A DNA stretch of 64,000 nucleotides. Origin: an uncultured Frankiaceae bacterium (GTDB lineage: Bacteria; Actinomycetota; Actinomycetes; BP-191). Below the pieces are notes generated by a model, which ran no database searches, was not told where the DNA came from, and saw only the letters and a list, made by a program, of their open reading frames with translations. Below, piece by piece: positions 19,983-30,595 of the stretch. The position numbers and the translations under genes are program-made. Numbering within the stretch: position 1 is the first letter of the stretch; every line of letters starts with the position of its first letter. The stretch covers positions 5,007 to 69,006 of the forward strand of contig CAZYXZ010000005.1 of assembly GCA_964651395.1 (NCBI GenBank), read 5' to 3'.

Positions 19983-20592
19983 CGCTGTACACCGCGTGCA
20001 CCCACAGGTCCGTCAGGCCGTCTACCAGGCGGCGGCTCTCGAGAGCCGGTCCCGGTGTGCGTCCTGCCTGCGCAAGCGCCACCGTCTGCTCGACCATCGC
20101 CGCGAGCGCCGCGGCAGCGACATCGACGTCGACCTCCGGGCGGGCACGCCCAGCGTCCCGTGCGGCGACAAGGTTGACGCGGATCCGCTGCACGAACTGC
20201 TTGCGCACCTCGTCCACCAGCTCGGCCAGGACCGGTTCCGACGGGGCCGCCGCGAACCACAGAAAGCGGATGTCCTGGTCACGCTCCGACAGCTCCACGA
20301 AACCAGTAATCACGGTGTGTACATCGTTGCGCACATCACCGCTGGTCCATGGCGCCTCGACGAGTTCGTAGAGCGCAGCGGCATGGCGCAGCACCAGTGC
20401 CTCGAGCACAGCCGTCTTGTTGGCGAAGTAGGCGTAGTACGTGCCGTGGCCAACGCCGGCAGCGCGGCACACGTCCTCGACGCGGGCGCGGCTCCAGCCG
20501 ACCTCGGCGAAGGCCGTCCGCGCCGCCTCGAGCAGGCGGGCGCGCGTGCGCTCGCCGCGGGACTGCGGCTGCTCCTCGGGAGCGATCGTCAC
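19975..20592 (-). CDS. TetR-family transcriptional regulator
   Basis: N-terminal HTH (ARVEDVCRAAGVGHGTYYAYFANK). GTG start at 20592. Confidence 0.8.
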   Translation of the reverse strand: MTIAPEEQPQSRGERTRARLLEAARTAFAEVGWSRARVEDVCRAAGVGHGTYYAYFANKTAVLEALVLRHAAALYELVEAPWTSGDVRNDVHTVITGFVELSERDQDIRFLWFAAAPSEPVLAELVDEVRKQFVQRIRVNLVAARDAGRARPEVDVDVAAAALAAMVEQTVALAQAGRTPGPALESRRLVDGLTDLWVHAVYSDE

Positions 20593-20601
20593 AGCCTGTG
20601 A
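20587..20601. promoter_or_regulatory. Perfect 7-1-7 palindrome GTCACAG-C-CTGTGAC overlapping the TetR start codon (candidate TetR operator)
   Basis: Read directly from the sequence. It lies in the divergent region between the TetR gene and the GT4 gene at 20660. Confidence 0.4.
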
Positions 20602-20659
20602 CCCTAGCCTGACGGCGCTTCCACCTCCGGCCTCAGCCCGCCCAATGCCTGGACGCCTT

Positions 20660-21766
20660 ATGCTCGCCGGGATGTCCGGTCCGCGCGTGGTGATCGTCCA
20701 CGACTACCTCAACCAGCTCGGTGGTGCTGAGCGAGTCGTGCTATCGATGCTGCGCGCGTTCCCCGGATCGCGAGTCGTCACCTCCGTGTACGCCCCAGAG
20801 CGCACCTACGACGAGTTCCGCGAGGTCGACATCGAGGCACTTTGGCCGAACCGGATCGGTGCGTTCACGCGGGACCAGCGGCGCGCGTTCCCGGTCCTGC
20901 GGCAGGCGTTCTCGCGGCACCTCATCGAGGATGCGGATGTCGTTCTGTGCAGCTCCAGCGGCTGGGCGCACGGCGTGCAGGCCGGTCCGGCGCGCAAGCT
21001 CGTCTACTGCTACACACCGGCTCGCTGGCTCTACGACAGCGACCGCTACACACGGGAGTCGTCGCGAATCGAGCGCTCGGCGCTGGCCGCGCTGAAGCCT
21101 GGGTTGATCCGTTGGGACCGAGCGGCCATGCGCACCGCGGACGACATCGCCGCGATCTCCAGTGTCGTAGCCGAGCGAGTGAACGAGACGTACGGCTGGC
21201 AGCCACGCGTGCTCGCGCCGCCGATGGTGCTCGACGCAGACGGGCCGACCGCGGCGCTACCCGGCGTGGAGCCGGGCTACCTGCTCGTGGTCAGCCGTCT
21301 GTTGTCGTACAAGCGCGTCGACCTGTTGTTGGACGCGATGCGTCGGCTGACCGAGCACCAGCTGCTGGTTGTCGGCGCCGGTCCGGATGCGGAGCGACTG
21401 CGCGGACTGGCGCCGGCGAATGTGACTTTCCGGGCGGGCCTCAGCGAGGCCGAGTTGCGGTGGGCGTATGCGAACGCTCGCGTGCTGCTCTCGGCAGCGC
21501 ATGAAGACTTCGGGCTCACGCCCGTCGAGGCCAACGCCTTCGGAGTGCCGGCGGCCGTAGTCCGTGAGGCGGGTTTCCTGGACACCATGGTGGAGGGCAA
21601 GAACGGCATGTTCTTCCCGTCGCTCGATCCCACGGACATCGCCGACACGGTCCGCGCGGTGCTCGACGCTGACTTCGAGACACACGTGGTGCGTGCACAC
21701 GCGGCGCGGTACTCCGAGACGTCGTTCATGCAGGAGCTGCGGGACTGGGCCGGGGTCGATCAGTGA
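20660..21766 (+). CDS. Glycosyltransferase family 4 (GT-B)
   Basis: GT4 layout with C-terminal [16 protein letters not shown]. Confidence 0.8.
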   Translation: MLAGMSGPRVVIVHDYLNQLGGAERVVLSMLRAFPGSRVVTSVYAPERTYDEFREVDIEALWPNRIGAFTRDQRRAFPVLRQAFSRHLIEDADVVLCSSSGWAHGVQAGPARKLVYCYTPARWLYDSDRYTRESSRIERSALAALKPGLIRWDRAAMRTADDIAAISSVVAERVNETYGWQPRVLAPPMVLDADGPTAALPGVEPGYLLVVSRLLSYKRVDLLLDAMRRLTEHQLLVVGAGPDAERLRGLAPANVTFRAGLSEAELRWAYANARVLLSAAHEDFGLTPVEANAFGVPAAVVREAGFLDTMVEGKNGMFFPSLDPTDIADTVRAVLDADFETHVVRAHAARYSETSFMQELRDWAGVDQ

Positions 21767-22716
21767 CAGAAGCGCTGTCACGACGCGCGGTGGTTACAGG
21801 GGGGGCCGGGTTTCTCGGCAGTCATCTGTGTGAGCGCCTGCTGGCCGACGGTTGGTCTGTGGTGTGCCTCGACAACTTCCTAACGGGTATCCCTGCGAAC
21901 GTCGAGCACTTGATGGAGAGGGAAGGGTTCCGGCTCGTCCGGTGTGACGTGACGAACTACGTCCACGTTCCAGGTGATGTCGACGCCGTGCTGCACTTCG
22001 CGTCGCCGGCCAGTCCCATCGACTACCTCCGGCTGCCCATCGAAACGCTGAAGGTGGGTGCCCTCGGCACATTGCACGCACTCGGTCTCGCGCGCGAGAA
22101 GCGGGCGCGCTTCCTGCTCGCCTCGACGTCCGAGGTGTACGGCGATCCGGAGATTCATCCGCAGCCGGAGACGTACTGGGGCAACGTCAACCCAATCGGT
22201 CCCCGCGGGGTCTACGACGAGGCGAAGCGCTTTGGCGAAGCACTCACCATGGCTTACCGACGTACGCACGGCGTGGATACGGCGATTGTCCGCATCTTCA
22301 ACACTTACGGCCCACGGATGCGGCCCAACGACGGCCGCGCGATTCCCACGTTCATTCGACAGGCGCTCGCGGGTGAGCCGGTCACGGTGGCCGGCGACGG
22401 CGGGCAGACTCGTTCCGTCTGCTACGTCGACGACCTCGTCACGGGGATCCTGGCGCTCCTCAACAGTGACCTGGCCGGTCCGGTGAACATCGGCAACCCG
22501 GCGGAGCTCTCGGTCCTCGATCTCGCGCGTGCCGTGATCGCGGCCGTCGGCAGCGAGTCGGAGATCGTGTTCGTGCCCCGACCCCAGGACGATCCCATGG
22601 TGCGGCAGCCCGCGATCGAGACGGCAACGGACCAGCTCGGCTGGAAGCCTCAGGTCGACTTGGAGGACGGACTGCGACGGACCATCGAGTGGTTCCGCGA
22701 GGCCGATCCGCGCTAG
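21763..22716 (+). CDS. UDP-glucuronate decarboxylase (UDP-xylose synthase)-like NAD-dependent epimerase/dehydratase
   Basis: [17 protein letters not shown] (YxxxK) and [15 protein letters not shown], which is UXS-like. ATGA coupling with the upstream GT4. Confidence 0.75.
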   Translation: MTEALSRRAVVTGGAGFLGSHLCERLLADGWSVVCLDNFLTGIPANVEHLMEREGFRLVRCDVTNYVHVPGDVDAVLHFASPASPIDYLRLPIETLKVGALGTLHALGLAREKRARFLLASTSEVYGDPEIHPQPETYWGNVNPIGPRGVYDEAKRFGEALTMAYRRTHGVDTAIVRIFNTYGPRMRPNDGRAIPTFIRQALAGEPVTVAGDGGQTRSVCYVDDLVTGILALLNSDLAGPVNIGNPAELSVLDLARAVIAAVGSESEIVFVPRPQDDPMVRQPAIETATDQLGWKPQVDLEDGLRRTIEWFREADPR

Positions 22717-23801
22717 CCCTTCTGGATCAGACTCGTCGCGACCACGTCGTCGTAGATCTCGCGGATCCGCGGTCCCACGACGTCGGCGAGCATTGGGGCC
22801 GATGTGGCTCTGGCGCCGTCGGCGAGCCTCGCGCGCAGCTTCGGCTGGTGGGCGACCAGGCGGAGCGCCGACGTGAGCAGATCGGGTCGGTCACACGGCA
22901 CGAGCAGCCCATCGATCCCATCCGTGACCAGATCTGCTCCTGGGCCGGGCGACGTGGCGACTACGGTTCGTCCCGACGCCATCGCCGCGAGGATGAGGTC
23001 GTCGTGAGCGTCCTTCTCGTGCGTCAGGTCGACCACGACGTCCACGTCGGAGAGCCACTGGGGCAACCGGGCCACGGGAAGGTCGGCCGCCAGCACGACA
23101 TCTGCCTCATGTGACCGGTTCGGGAATGCGCGCTCGAACGAAGCCAGCGCCTCGCGGCGTGCTCCCTCTGTGGCACACCGCATTCCGAACTGGAGCGGCC
23201 GGTTCCGCGAGGACCGGTACTTGCTCGCCGGGAGCGGAGCCGTTGCGAACACGGGGCCGGGAATCACGACGCACCGTCGTGCGTATCGGGCCAGGGCGGC
23301 TGCGTCCACTGACGTGGCGATGACCGCGTGCGGCAGCCGCGGAACGAGGCGGCGCAGCGGGCCACGTGCCAATGCGTTGACGCCGGCGGCGCGGTCCTCG
23401 TCGCGTAGGTGCCAGACCAGCGGGACCTCCGCCAGCCGTGCTGCGATTCCGCCATACAGGGCCGAGCTCGCCGAGTTGGTGTGCACGACGTACGGGCGAA
23501 GGTGCTCGAGGCGTCGAGCGAGTCGCAGCACGTACGGAACGGTCGCCGCGGGCGCTGCGCCCTTGCGTCGGGGCAGCGGCAGGACCTCAGCGGAGATGCC
23601 ACGGTCGCGCATCACGCCGAGCAGCGGTCCGTCCTGACCGAACAGCACATGCGCGGCGATATCGGGAACTGAGTCGATCAAAGCGGCGAGTGCGAGACCC
23701 TCGCGCGATGCCTCGGCGGAAAGATGCACGTAGACGACACGCAGTCGCGGGTCATGGCCGCCGAGGTCATGGCCTCCGAAGATGTCGACCGGGTGTGTCA
23801 C
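22713..23801 (-). CDS. Glycosyltransferase family 4
   Basis: Only the C-terminal roughly 360 aa of the 556-aa ORF are GT4-like. The start is set at a GTG that overlaps the TGA stop of the upstream PT-rich gene (GTGA). The upstream 200 aa of that ORF is Arg/His-rich low-complexity. Confidence 0.65.
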   Translation of the reverse strand: MTHPVDIFGGHDLGGHDPRLRVVYVHLSAEASREGLALAALIDSVPDIAAHVLFGQDGPLLGVMRDRGISAEVLPLPRRKGAAPAATVPYVLRLARRLEHLRPYVVHTNSASSALYGGIAARLAEVPLVWHLRDEDRAAGVNALARGPLRRLVPRLPHAVIATSVDAAALARYARRCVVIPGPVFATAPLPASKYRSSRNRPLQFGMRCATEGARREALASFERAFPNRSHEADVVLAADLPVARLPQWLSDVDVVVDLTHEKDAHDDLILAAMASGRTVVATSPGPGADLVTDGIDGLLVPCDRPDLLTSALRLVAHQPKLRARLADGARATSAPMLADVVGPRIREIYDDVVATSLIQKG

Positions 23802-24379
23802 CGCGCGGTGATGGTCGAGTGCACGCCGACGATGACGCCGCCGGCGATCAGTGCCAGCCCGAGAATGCGCAGTTCTGGACTCGAGGTGAATGGCGCCTCG
23901 ACGGTGTTGCCCACGGAGAGAGTCGCGGGCAGGGAGCTCGCCGATGGCAGCGGTGCCACGGTGTTGGGCGAGGCGGGCAGAGAGGAGACGGACACCGCCG
24001 GCGCCGAGGGCGACGGGGAGCGGGTCGGAGCTGGTGTTGGCGGCTTCGTGCTCGCCGCCGGGGCCGAGGTTCGCGTGGGAGTCGCTCGGGGTGACCTGGT
24101 CGGCGCGCGCGTGGGTGTGGGTCGTGGCGTGGGCGCCGTGCTGATCGACGTGACAGACGGCTTCGGTGACGGCGCCGGTGAGTTGCTCGACTGGGTCGGC
24201 GAGGGCACGGGTGATGCCGTCGTCGGCTCGGGCGACGGCGACTCGGTCGCCTGCGCGCGCTCCAGCGCGCGCCCCCCCGCTCCAGGCGCGGTCAGCAGCA
24301 GCAGTCCGCCGACCAGCAGCGGGGCCGAGCCCGCGAGTGCGGCGGCGGGTCCCACGCGCATCGACCTGCTCACTTCCAT
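23798..24379 (-). CDS. Secreted Pro/Thr/Ser-rich protein with C-terminal membrane anchor
   Basis: Signal peptide (MRVGPAAALAGSAPLLVGGLLLLTAPGAG), a long PT/S-rich linker, then LPATLSVG... followed by a hydrophobic segment and a basic tail (sorting-signal-like). Confidence 0.5.
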   Translation of the reverse strand: MEVSRSMRVGPAAALAGSAPLLVGGLLLLTAPGAGGRALERAQATESPSPEPTTASPVPSPTQSSNSPAPSPKPSVTSISTAPTPRPTPTRAPTRSPRATPTRTSAPAASTKPPTPAPTRSPSPSAPAVSVSSLPASPNTVAPLPSASSLPATLSVGNTVEAPFTSSPELRILGLALIAGGVIVGVHSTITAR

Positions 24380-24407
24380 TCACGGCTGACGACTGAACTG
24401 GTCCCCG

Positions 24408-25268
24408 TTACGGGATATCCAGCCGTCGGACTGCGGCAATCGGCCCCTCACGATAGACGTGCCACCGCCGTCGGGCAGCACGGCCCCGCTCGCCTGGGAG
24501 CATCGATCGCAACGCCGCCGCGGTCAGGGCGGCGGCGCGGTAACTCGCCCATCCGCGCGCCCCGTACCACTTGCGGATGTAGGTCTCGGTTCCCGCATGA
24601 GCCAGCCGCTCTCGCCGGGCGGGGTCGCTACTCGTTCCTCCACCGTCGTGTTCCGCGTGGATCTCGGGGCACAGGGCCACCCGCCACCCCCTGGCTTGTG
24701 CTCGGCGCTGCCAGTCCGTTTCCTCCGCGTACAGGAAGTACCTTTCGTCGAACGGCCCCACGTCCTCCCAGGCTGCTCGGCGGATCAGCAGGACCGAGCC
24801 GACGACGAACTGACGGCCCTCCCTCGGCGCGACCGGTACTCCGATCGCCTCGCGCCACAGGCGCCCCGGGGTGGGCAGCGGCCACAGAACCCTGTGCTCG
24901 CCGCTCGTGCCGTGCTGCGCAGGGGCCACGCAGGCCAGGCGGGCATCAACCAGCAGTCGTTCGTGCAGGGCGCGCAGGTCGCTCTCCTCGATGCGCGCAT
25001 CGGGGTTGAGTAACAGCACGTCAGCGCTGGAACCTGCCAGCATCGCCATGCCGGCGTTCACGCCGGCGGCAAAGCCCGGGTTGTTCGGTTGGGGCAGGTA
25101 GATCGCTCCATGTCTCCTTGCGAGGGGTTCAGCAGCTCCGCGGGGGTCGTTGTCGACGATGACGATCTTGTGGGGCTCCATCAGGGCGCCGAGAGTGGCG
25201 GCCAAGGGTGTTGGATCTCCAAAGGCGATGACGATCACGTCGGGTACCCCACCCCCATCGCCCACCAT
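24408..25268 (-). CDS. Glycosyltransferase family 2
   Basis: VPDVIVIAFGDP and the DXD region are typical GT2. Start set at the ATG at 25268; the upstream 126 aa of the ORF is low-complexity. Confidence 0.65.
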   Translation of the reverse strand: MVGDGGGVPDVIVIAFGDPTPLAATLGALMEPHKIVIVDNDPRGAAEPLARRHGAIYLPQPNNPGFAAGVNAGMAMLAGSSADVLLLNPDARIEESDLRALHERLLVDARLACVAPAQHGTSGEHRVLWPLPTPGRLWREAIGVPVAPREGRQFVVGSVLLIRRAAWEDVGPFDERYFLYAEETDWQRRAQARGWRVALCPEIHAEHDGGGTSSDPARRERLAHAGTETYIRKWYGARGWASYRAAALTAAALRSMLPGERGRAARRRWHVYREGPIAAVRRLDIP

Positions 25269-25310
25269 GCACAGACCCTCGCACAGCACTCCTGACCGAC
25301 CGAATACCTT

Positions 25311-26492
25311 GTGGGCGTGGGTACCCCGGTGACACCGCGACTGCGCGTTGTCTATCTCGATCACGCGGCGGCGATGTCCGGCGCGGAGATCGCTCTGTTG
25401 AACCTGCTGTCCTGCCTCGACGGTGTCGACGCCCACGTGATCCTGGCGGAGGACGGGCCCTTGGTCGCGGCTCTGGAGGAACGGGGGATCGCTGTCGAGG
25501 TGCTCGCGATGCCGGCGCGCACGGCCCGGCTGCGAAAGGGCCGCATTCGGCCCGGCAGCGTTCCCATGTTCGCCCTGTGGGACACCGGCGGGTACGTCTG
25601 GCGGCTCCGGAGTCGACTCCGAGCTCTGCGCCCCGACGTCGTCCACACCAACTCGTTGAAGGCTGGGCTGTACGGCAGCCTCGCTAGCCGGCTGGCCGGC
25701 CTACCGGTCATCTGGCACGTCCGTGATCGGGTCGCCAGGGACTATCTCCCTCGCGCGGCGGTATTCCTGGTTCGCAGGGCTCTCGCGTGGCTGCCCACGG
25801 CCGTCGTCGCAAACAGCCAGACCACCCTGGCAACGCTGCCGAGCACGAATGCACGGAGCGTCATCGCAAGCCCGGTCATCTATGACCCGGTTGCCCACCC
25901 CGGGCGAGTGGAGCGGGGCGATGGCGACGTCGTCGTGTTCGGGATGGTTGGTCGGCTTGCGCCCTGGAAGGGCCAGCATCTGTTTCTCGAGGCCTTCGCG
26001 TCGGCATTCAGTGAGCGGACGAACGTCCGGGCACGGGTTGTCGGGGGGGCGTTGTTCGGTGAGGACGCGTACGCGGCGTCACTGGTGCGACTCGCGGAGC
26101 GGCTCGCGGTCTCCGATCGTGTCGTGTTCACCGGCTTCCGCGACGACGTCTTCGCGGAGATGGCTCAGATGGATGTACTCGTCCATTGCTCGACGATCCC
26201 TGAGCCGTTCGGGCAGGTCGTGACAGAGGGTATGGCGACAGGACTCGCCGTCATCGCTCCGTCAGTAGGCGGTCCGGCCGAGATCATCACGCCCGATGTC
26301 AACGGTCTCCTGGTCCCGATCAGTGACGTGCCAGCCCTCGCCGCCGCGATGCGGTTCTTGGTAGACCGGCCTGATGAACGGCTTCGACTCGGCGACGCTG
26401 CGCGCTTGGCGTGCGAGACCTATCGACCGGAACGCATTGCTGAGCAGGTTTATGCGGCCTACTCGGAGGTGCTGCGCAAGCACCGGCGCTAG
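25311..26492 (+). CDS. Glycosyltransferase family 4
   Basis: LRVVYLDH N-terminus and EPFGQVVTEGMATGLAVIA C-terminal motif. Confidence 0.8.
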   Translation: MGVGTPVTPRLRVVYLDHAAAMSGAEIALLNLLSCLDGVDAHVILAEDGPLVAALEERGIAVEVLAMPARTARLRKGRIRPGSVPMFALWDTGGYVWRLRSRLRALRPDVVHTNSLKAGLYGSLASRLAGLPVIWHVRDRVARDYLPRAAVFLVRRALAWLPTAVVANSQTTLATLPSTNARSVIASPVIYDPVAHPGRVERGDGDVVVFGMVGRLAPWKGQHLFLEAFASAFSERTNVRARVVGGALFGEDAYAASLVRLAERLAVSDRVVFTGFRDDVFAEMAQMDVLVHCSTIPEPFGQVVTEGMATGLAVIAPSVGGPAEIITPDVNGLLVPISDVPALAAAMRFLVDRPDERLRLGDAARLACETYRPERIAEQVYAAYSEVLRKHRR

Positions 26493-27724
26493 GGCTGGTG
26501 AGTACCGGCGCTCCCATCGCGCACATTGCTGTGTGCCAAGGCCGCTCCGATGAGGAGCCAACCCGTGACGGGTGTGGAACGAACCCAGTACACATCGACA
26601 AGACCGTGGATGACGATCGAAAGCTGGACGGCTATGGCGACATCCGTCCAGACTCCGTGCCGTCGCCGGAACAGGAACAGCATCGGCAGCGACAGGAGCG
26701 CGAGAAGCGCACCTCCCAGCACCACCCCTCCCTCGGCGGCGTCAAGGAAGAGGACGTTGTGCGGATCACTTACGATGCCGGGGACACCCGCCAGGTTGCC
26801 GATGCCGACGCCCAGGATCGGGTCGCTGCGAAAGGCGCCGAGGGCCTGAACGCGATACACCTCTCTCTGGAGCAGTGCGCCATCCGTCGGCGAGGTTGGG
26901 TTCAGCACACGTGTCTGTGTGGTGGTCGGCAGGAACGGAAAGCTCACCGCCGCCAGAAGGAGTAGTGCGCTCAGGGACGCCGCGATCCGACCCCTTGCCA
27001 CGGTTCGTCCCCGAAGACTCAGCACGATCACCGCCAGGAGGAACCCCAGCATTGCCCCGCGGCTGTCCGAAAAGAGGAGCCCGAGCCCCATGACAGCGAG
27101 CAGGGCCGGTCGGAAGCGGGCGAATGCTGGCAGGACCAGGACGATCAACATGGCGTTCGCGATGCCCTGAGCCGCCGGATTCTTGTGCGTGACGAGGATG
27201 TTGGCCGCACTCGACTGCAGGGGACCGATGAAGATGAGCGAGACAGCGATCTCATAGCCCACGTAGAGCCGCAATGCCAGGGTCAGCAGACGACGGTCGA
27301 GGATCGCGGCACCGATGACGAGCGGTACCGCGGTCAGCTCGACGCGCTGTACGGCGTTGAGGATGGCCGTCAGGCTGAGGTGGTCGACGGTCACCAGTCC
27401 CAGTGCGCCGTAATAGACCGCCACGGGCAGGACGACTGGCCGGAGCTCTCTGAGCCTGGCGCCGACGTCGACATTCACGCGCGACGGCAGCAGGACCAGC
27501 CCGGTCACGGTGAGCACCATCAACAGGTCCGCGATCGTGACCCGCGCCCCGGTCGTGAACACGCTGCGGGTCATCGGCAGCAGCCCGATGGCGATGACGG
27601 CGATCGCCTTGGGGTAGAGGACCCCGGCTACGGCGGCGGCTGCGCCCGCAACGAGGAAGCCCATCTTCGGGCTGGCGACGCTCTGGCTGCCCGCGAGGTA
27701 CGCGCACACGCCGACGCCGAGCAT
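26489..27724 (-). CDS. O-antigen ligase / Wzy-like polysaccharide polymerase family membrane protein
   Basis: Polytopic (about 10-12 TM) with a large periplasmic loop. Start chosen at Met97 of the ORF; a GTG at 27778 is an alternative. Confidence 0.6.
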   Translation of the reverse strand: MLGVGVCAYLAGSQSVASPKMGFLVAGAAAAVAGVLYPKAIAVIAIGLLPMTRSVFTTGARVTIADLLMVLTVTGLVLLPSRVNVDVGARLRELRPVVLPVAVYYGALGLVTVDHLSLTAILNAVQRVELTAVPLVIGAAILDRRLLTLALRLYVGYEIAVSLIFIGPLQSSAANILVTHKNPAAQGIANAMLIVLVLPAFARFRPALLAVMGLGLLFSDSRGAMLGFLLAVIVLSLRGRTVARGRIAASLSALLLLAAVSFPFLPTTTQTRVLNPTSPTDGALLQREVYRVQALGAFRSDPILGVGIGNLAGVPGIVSDPHNVLFLDAAEGGVVLGGALLALLSLPMLFLFRRRHGVWTDVAIAVQLSIVIHGLVDVYWVRSTPVTGWLLIGAALAHSNVRDGSAGTHQP

Positions 27725-27762
27725 CGTGCACGCGGTGGGACCCCGTGCGCGGACCGCGTGGC

Positions 27763-29493
27763 TCAGGTCCGCGGTTGCCACGGTGGCTCGCCGGGATCTG
27801 TGCCCGTCGGCTGGACCGGGCGCTGGGGCGTTGCCCCGCTTCCTGCAGGCGCCGCGTAGTACGGCGGGGCGGCGACCGCAGTGCCGGTTGCGCCCGACGC
27901 CGATTCGCTGGCGTCCGGTTCCCCGGTCGTTTCGCGGCGCCACCGGGAGCGGGACATGTCGCGAAGAGCCTTGATGGCTGCTTGGGTCGTCTGGTCCGTC
28001 GGGAACTCCCACGCCGGATCGCCGACGCCCTTGCCGTCGGCTGGCGTCTCTGCCGTGACGGGCTGGCTCTGCGCCTTGGCAGCCTTGCCGCGCCGTCGTG
28101 CGGGCTGCAGCGTGCGGACGGGGCCGAGGGGAGCGGATTCCGACTTGCTGCCCTTGCTCGCGCCGTACTCGTACGCGTAGGCGTAGCCCGAGCCGGCCCC
28201 ACTGGCCGACACGCGGTTCGCCACCACGCCGATCACGTTCACGCCCACCGTTCGGAAAGCGGTGGACACGCGGCGCACGCCGTCGCGACTGGTGCGGCCG
28301 ACTCTGGCGACGAGTACCGCGCCATCGGTGTGGAGCGCGAGCAGGGACGCGTCCGTAACCGGAAGGGCGGGCGGGGTGTCGAAGATGACCAGGTCGTAGC
28401 GCGAGGCGAGCACGTCCACCAGTTCTTGCATGCGGTGCGAGCCGAGGATTTCACTGGGGTTCGGAGGTATGGGGCCGCTGGCGAGGACATCGATCAGGCC
28501 GTCGCCCCAGCGCTGGATGGCCACGTCGAGTGGCGCCTGTCCGAGCAGGACGGTCGTGAGACCGATGTTGCCTTCCAGGCCCAGGTTGTTCGCGACCATA
28601 GGTCGTCGTAGGTCCGCGTCGACAATCAGCACGCGGCTGCCGCCGCTGGCGATCACGATGCCGAGGTTCGTGACGAGTGTGGTCTTGCCTTCCCCCGGCA
28701 TCGGGCTGGTTACGACGACCGTCTTGAGGTCGAGGTCGATGGACGCGAACTGCAGATTGGTACGCACCTGACGGTAGGACTCAGCACGAACGGATCGCGG
28801 TTGGTAAAGGGCAACGAGCGGGTCTCCGCGGTCCTCGTCCGGTACGCCACCCAGCATCGGAGCGTCACCAGCAAGGCGCGAGAGCTCGTCACCAGACTTT
28901 ACGCTGACATCGAGGGCCTCGGCGATCGCTACGGCAGCCACGCCGAGCATCAAGCCTAGGAGCGTCCCGAGGGCGAGGTTGACCTTGGGACGAGGTGTGT
29001 AGGGAAGGCCGGGCAACGGCGCGGGTTCGAGCAGGCTGACGTTGACGGGGGCACGCCCGCCGGATCGCGGTCCGTCGACGCGGTCGACAGCTGCCTGCGC
29101 GACGTCGCCGAAAGCGTCCGCGACGTTCTTGGCCCGCGTCGGGTCGGAGTCGGTCACAGTGACCCTGAGCAAGACCGTGTCGGGGACGGCCTGAACCGAC
29201 ACCGCGGTGTCCCCGCCGACTGCGCCTGCCTTCGTGAGCGCCGCCCCAACGACCTGGTTGCTCCCCACGAGCTGGGCATAGGTGAGCATCTGCTGCTGGT
29301 ACAGGTAGGCGTTAGCGATCGTGGTATTCGGGTCGGTCGACGGGGGGCTGGAGAAGAGCAGCATCACCCCGGTGCGGTACCGGCGGGGCTGCTCGGCGGA
29401 CGCGTAGGCCGCCGCCCCGACGCAGATCAGCAGGGCCAGTGCGACGAGTCGCCAGTGCCGGCTGAGGCTGCGCAGCAGCTGGGGCAGGTTCAT
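27763..29493 (-). CDS. Polysaccharide co-polymerase / BY-kinase (Wzc-like tyrosine autokinase)
   Basis: N-terminal TM plus chain-length-determinant region. Walker A SPMPGEGKTT, Walker B VLIVDADLRRP, and a C-terminal Tyr cluster YAYAYEY. Confidence 0.8.
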   Translation of the reverse strand: MNLPQLLRSLSRHWRLVALALLICVGAAAYASAEQPRRYRTGVMLLFSSPPSTDPNTTIANAYLYQQQMLTYAQLVGSNQVVGAALTKAGAVGGDTAVSVQAVPDTVLLRVTVTDSDPTRAKNVADAFGDVAQAAVDRVDGPRSGGRAPVNVSLLEPAPLPGLPYTPRPKVNLALGTLLGLMLGVAAVAIAEALDVSVKSGDELSRLAGDAPMLGGVPDEDRGDPLVALYQPRSVRAESYRQVRTNLQFASIDLDLKTVVVTSPMPGEGKTTLVTNLGIVIASGGSRVLIVDADLRRPMVANNLGLEGNIGLTTVLLGQAPLDVAIQRWGDGLIDVLASGPIPPNPSEILGSHRMQELVDVLASRYDLVIFDTPPALPVTDASLLALHTDGAVLVARVGRTSRDGVRRVSTAFRTVGVNVIGVVANRVSASGAGSGYAYAYEYGASKGSKSESAPLGPVRTLQPARRRGKAAKAQSQPVTAETPADGKGVGDPAWEFPTDQTTQAAIKALRDMSRSRWRRETTGEPDASESASGATGTAVAAPPYYAAPAGSGATPQRPVQPTGTDPGEPPWQPRT

Positions 29494-29578
29494 GGGGAAG
29501 TCATCCGGTGTCAGTTGTCCAGATCAGAGGGGACAAGCCGGAGCAAGTATAGGGCCCGGGTCCGCTTCCTCGACCTTG

Positions 29579-30595
29579 TCAGGTGGCAGGGGAGATGACC
29601 GCCCCGTAGACACCCAGCAGGTCATCGACGTGACGCTCGAGATCGAACAGCTCACGCTGTCGGCGGTACCCGGCTTCGCCCAGTTCGCGACGGAGCTGTG
29701 TGTCCTCGGCCAGCTCTCGCAGGAACTGCGCGCCGATGTCCGGACGATCCGCGGGAAAGAGACCGGGGTGAGACGTGCCCAGTGTCTCGAGGTGTCCTGC
29801 GGCGGCCACTGCCACGACCGGACAGCCGGACGACATCGCCTCGAGGACGCTCAGCCCAAAAGCCTCGTCCGGCCGGGTTGCCAGGAACACCCCGGCGTCA
29901 TCGATGCAGGCCTGCACGTCCTGCACGTGCCCGAGCCACTCGACCGACTGGATCCCGTCCTGGCGCACAAGCGCGCGCAGGCGGTCGCCTTCGGCGCCGT
30001 CGCCCGCGATGCGCAGTACCCAGCCAGAGTCGGCCAGGCCGCTGAGCTGCCAGATGCGCAGCGCCAGCTCTGTGTTCTTCTCGCGCTCGAGCCGCTGTGC
30101 CACCAGGACCACGCTCGAGCGGCTGCTCGAGATCGGTCGCGCTGGCACTCCGGGGACGAGAACGGTTGCGGCCGGGCTGTCGATCATGTCGGCCACGAAC
30201 CGGCTCACCGCCAGCTCGCGAGTCAGGAAGCGCCGCAGCATGGGGGCCGCCGCTCGCCCGGCGAGCGTGCGTCCTCGTCGTCGGGCGATGTGCCTGGTCG
30301 CGACAACGGCGCCGCGATGTCTCGGGCGGCTGAGCAGACCTGCCACCTCGGCGGTGGTGAGGTGGGCGTGTACGACGTCCTGCTGCCCGCCCGCCCAGAG
30401 TGCGCGCATCGCCGATCCCAACGACACTCCGGGAACCCACGACACGCTCTCTCCTAATGCGACGGGCATGGCATCACGAGGACCGCCGACCACCCGGACG
30501 TCATGACCCCGATCCGCAAGCAGGGGACACACAGTGCTGACGTAGCGCTCGACACCTGCAAAGGCGTCCGTCACCACGACGTGTGTGATCCGCAT
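29579..30595 (-). CDS. Glycosyltransferase family 4
   Basis: MRITHVVV N-terminus and EAFGLSVLEAMSSGCPVVA. Confidence 0.8.
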   Translation of the reverse strand: MRITHVVVTDAFAGVERYVSTVCPLLADRGHDVRVVGGPRDAMPVALGESVSWVPGVSLGSAMRALWAGGQQDVVHAHLTTAEVAGLLSRPRHRGAVVATRHIARRRGRTLAGRAAAPMLRRFLTRELAVSRFVADMIDSPAATVLVPGVPARPISSSRSSVVLVAQRLEREKNTELALRIWQLSGLADSGWVLRIAGDGAEGDRLRALVRQDGIQSVEWLGHVQDVQACIDDAGVFLATRPDEAFGLSVLEAMSSGCPVVAVAAAGHLETLGTSHPGLFPADRPDIGAQFLRELAEDTQLRRELGEAGYRRQRELFDLERHVDDLLGVYGAVISPAT

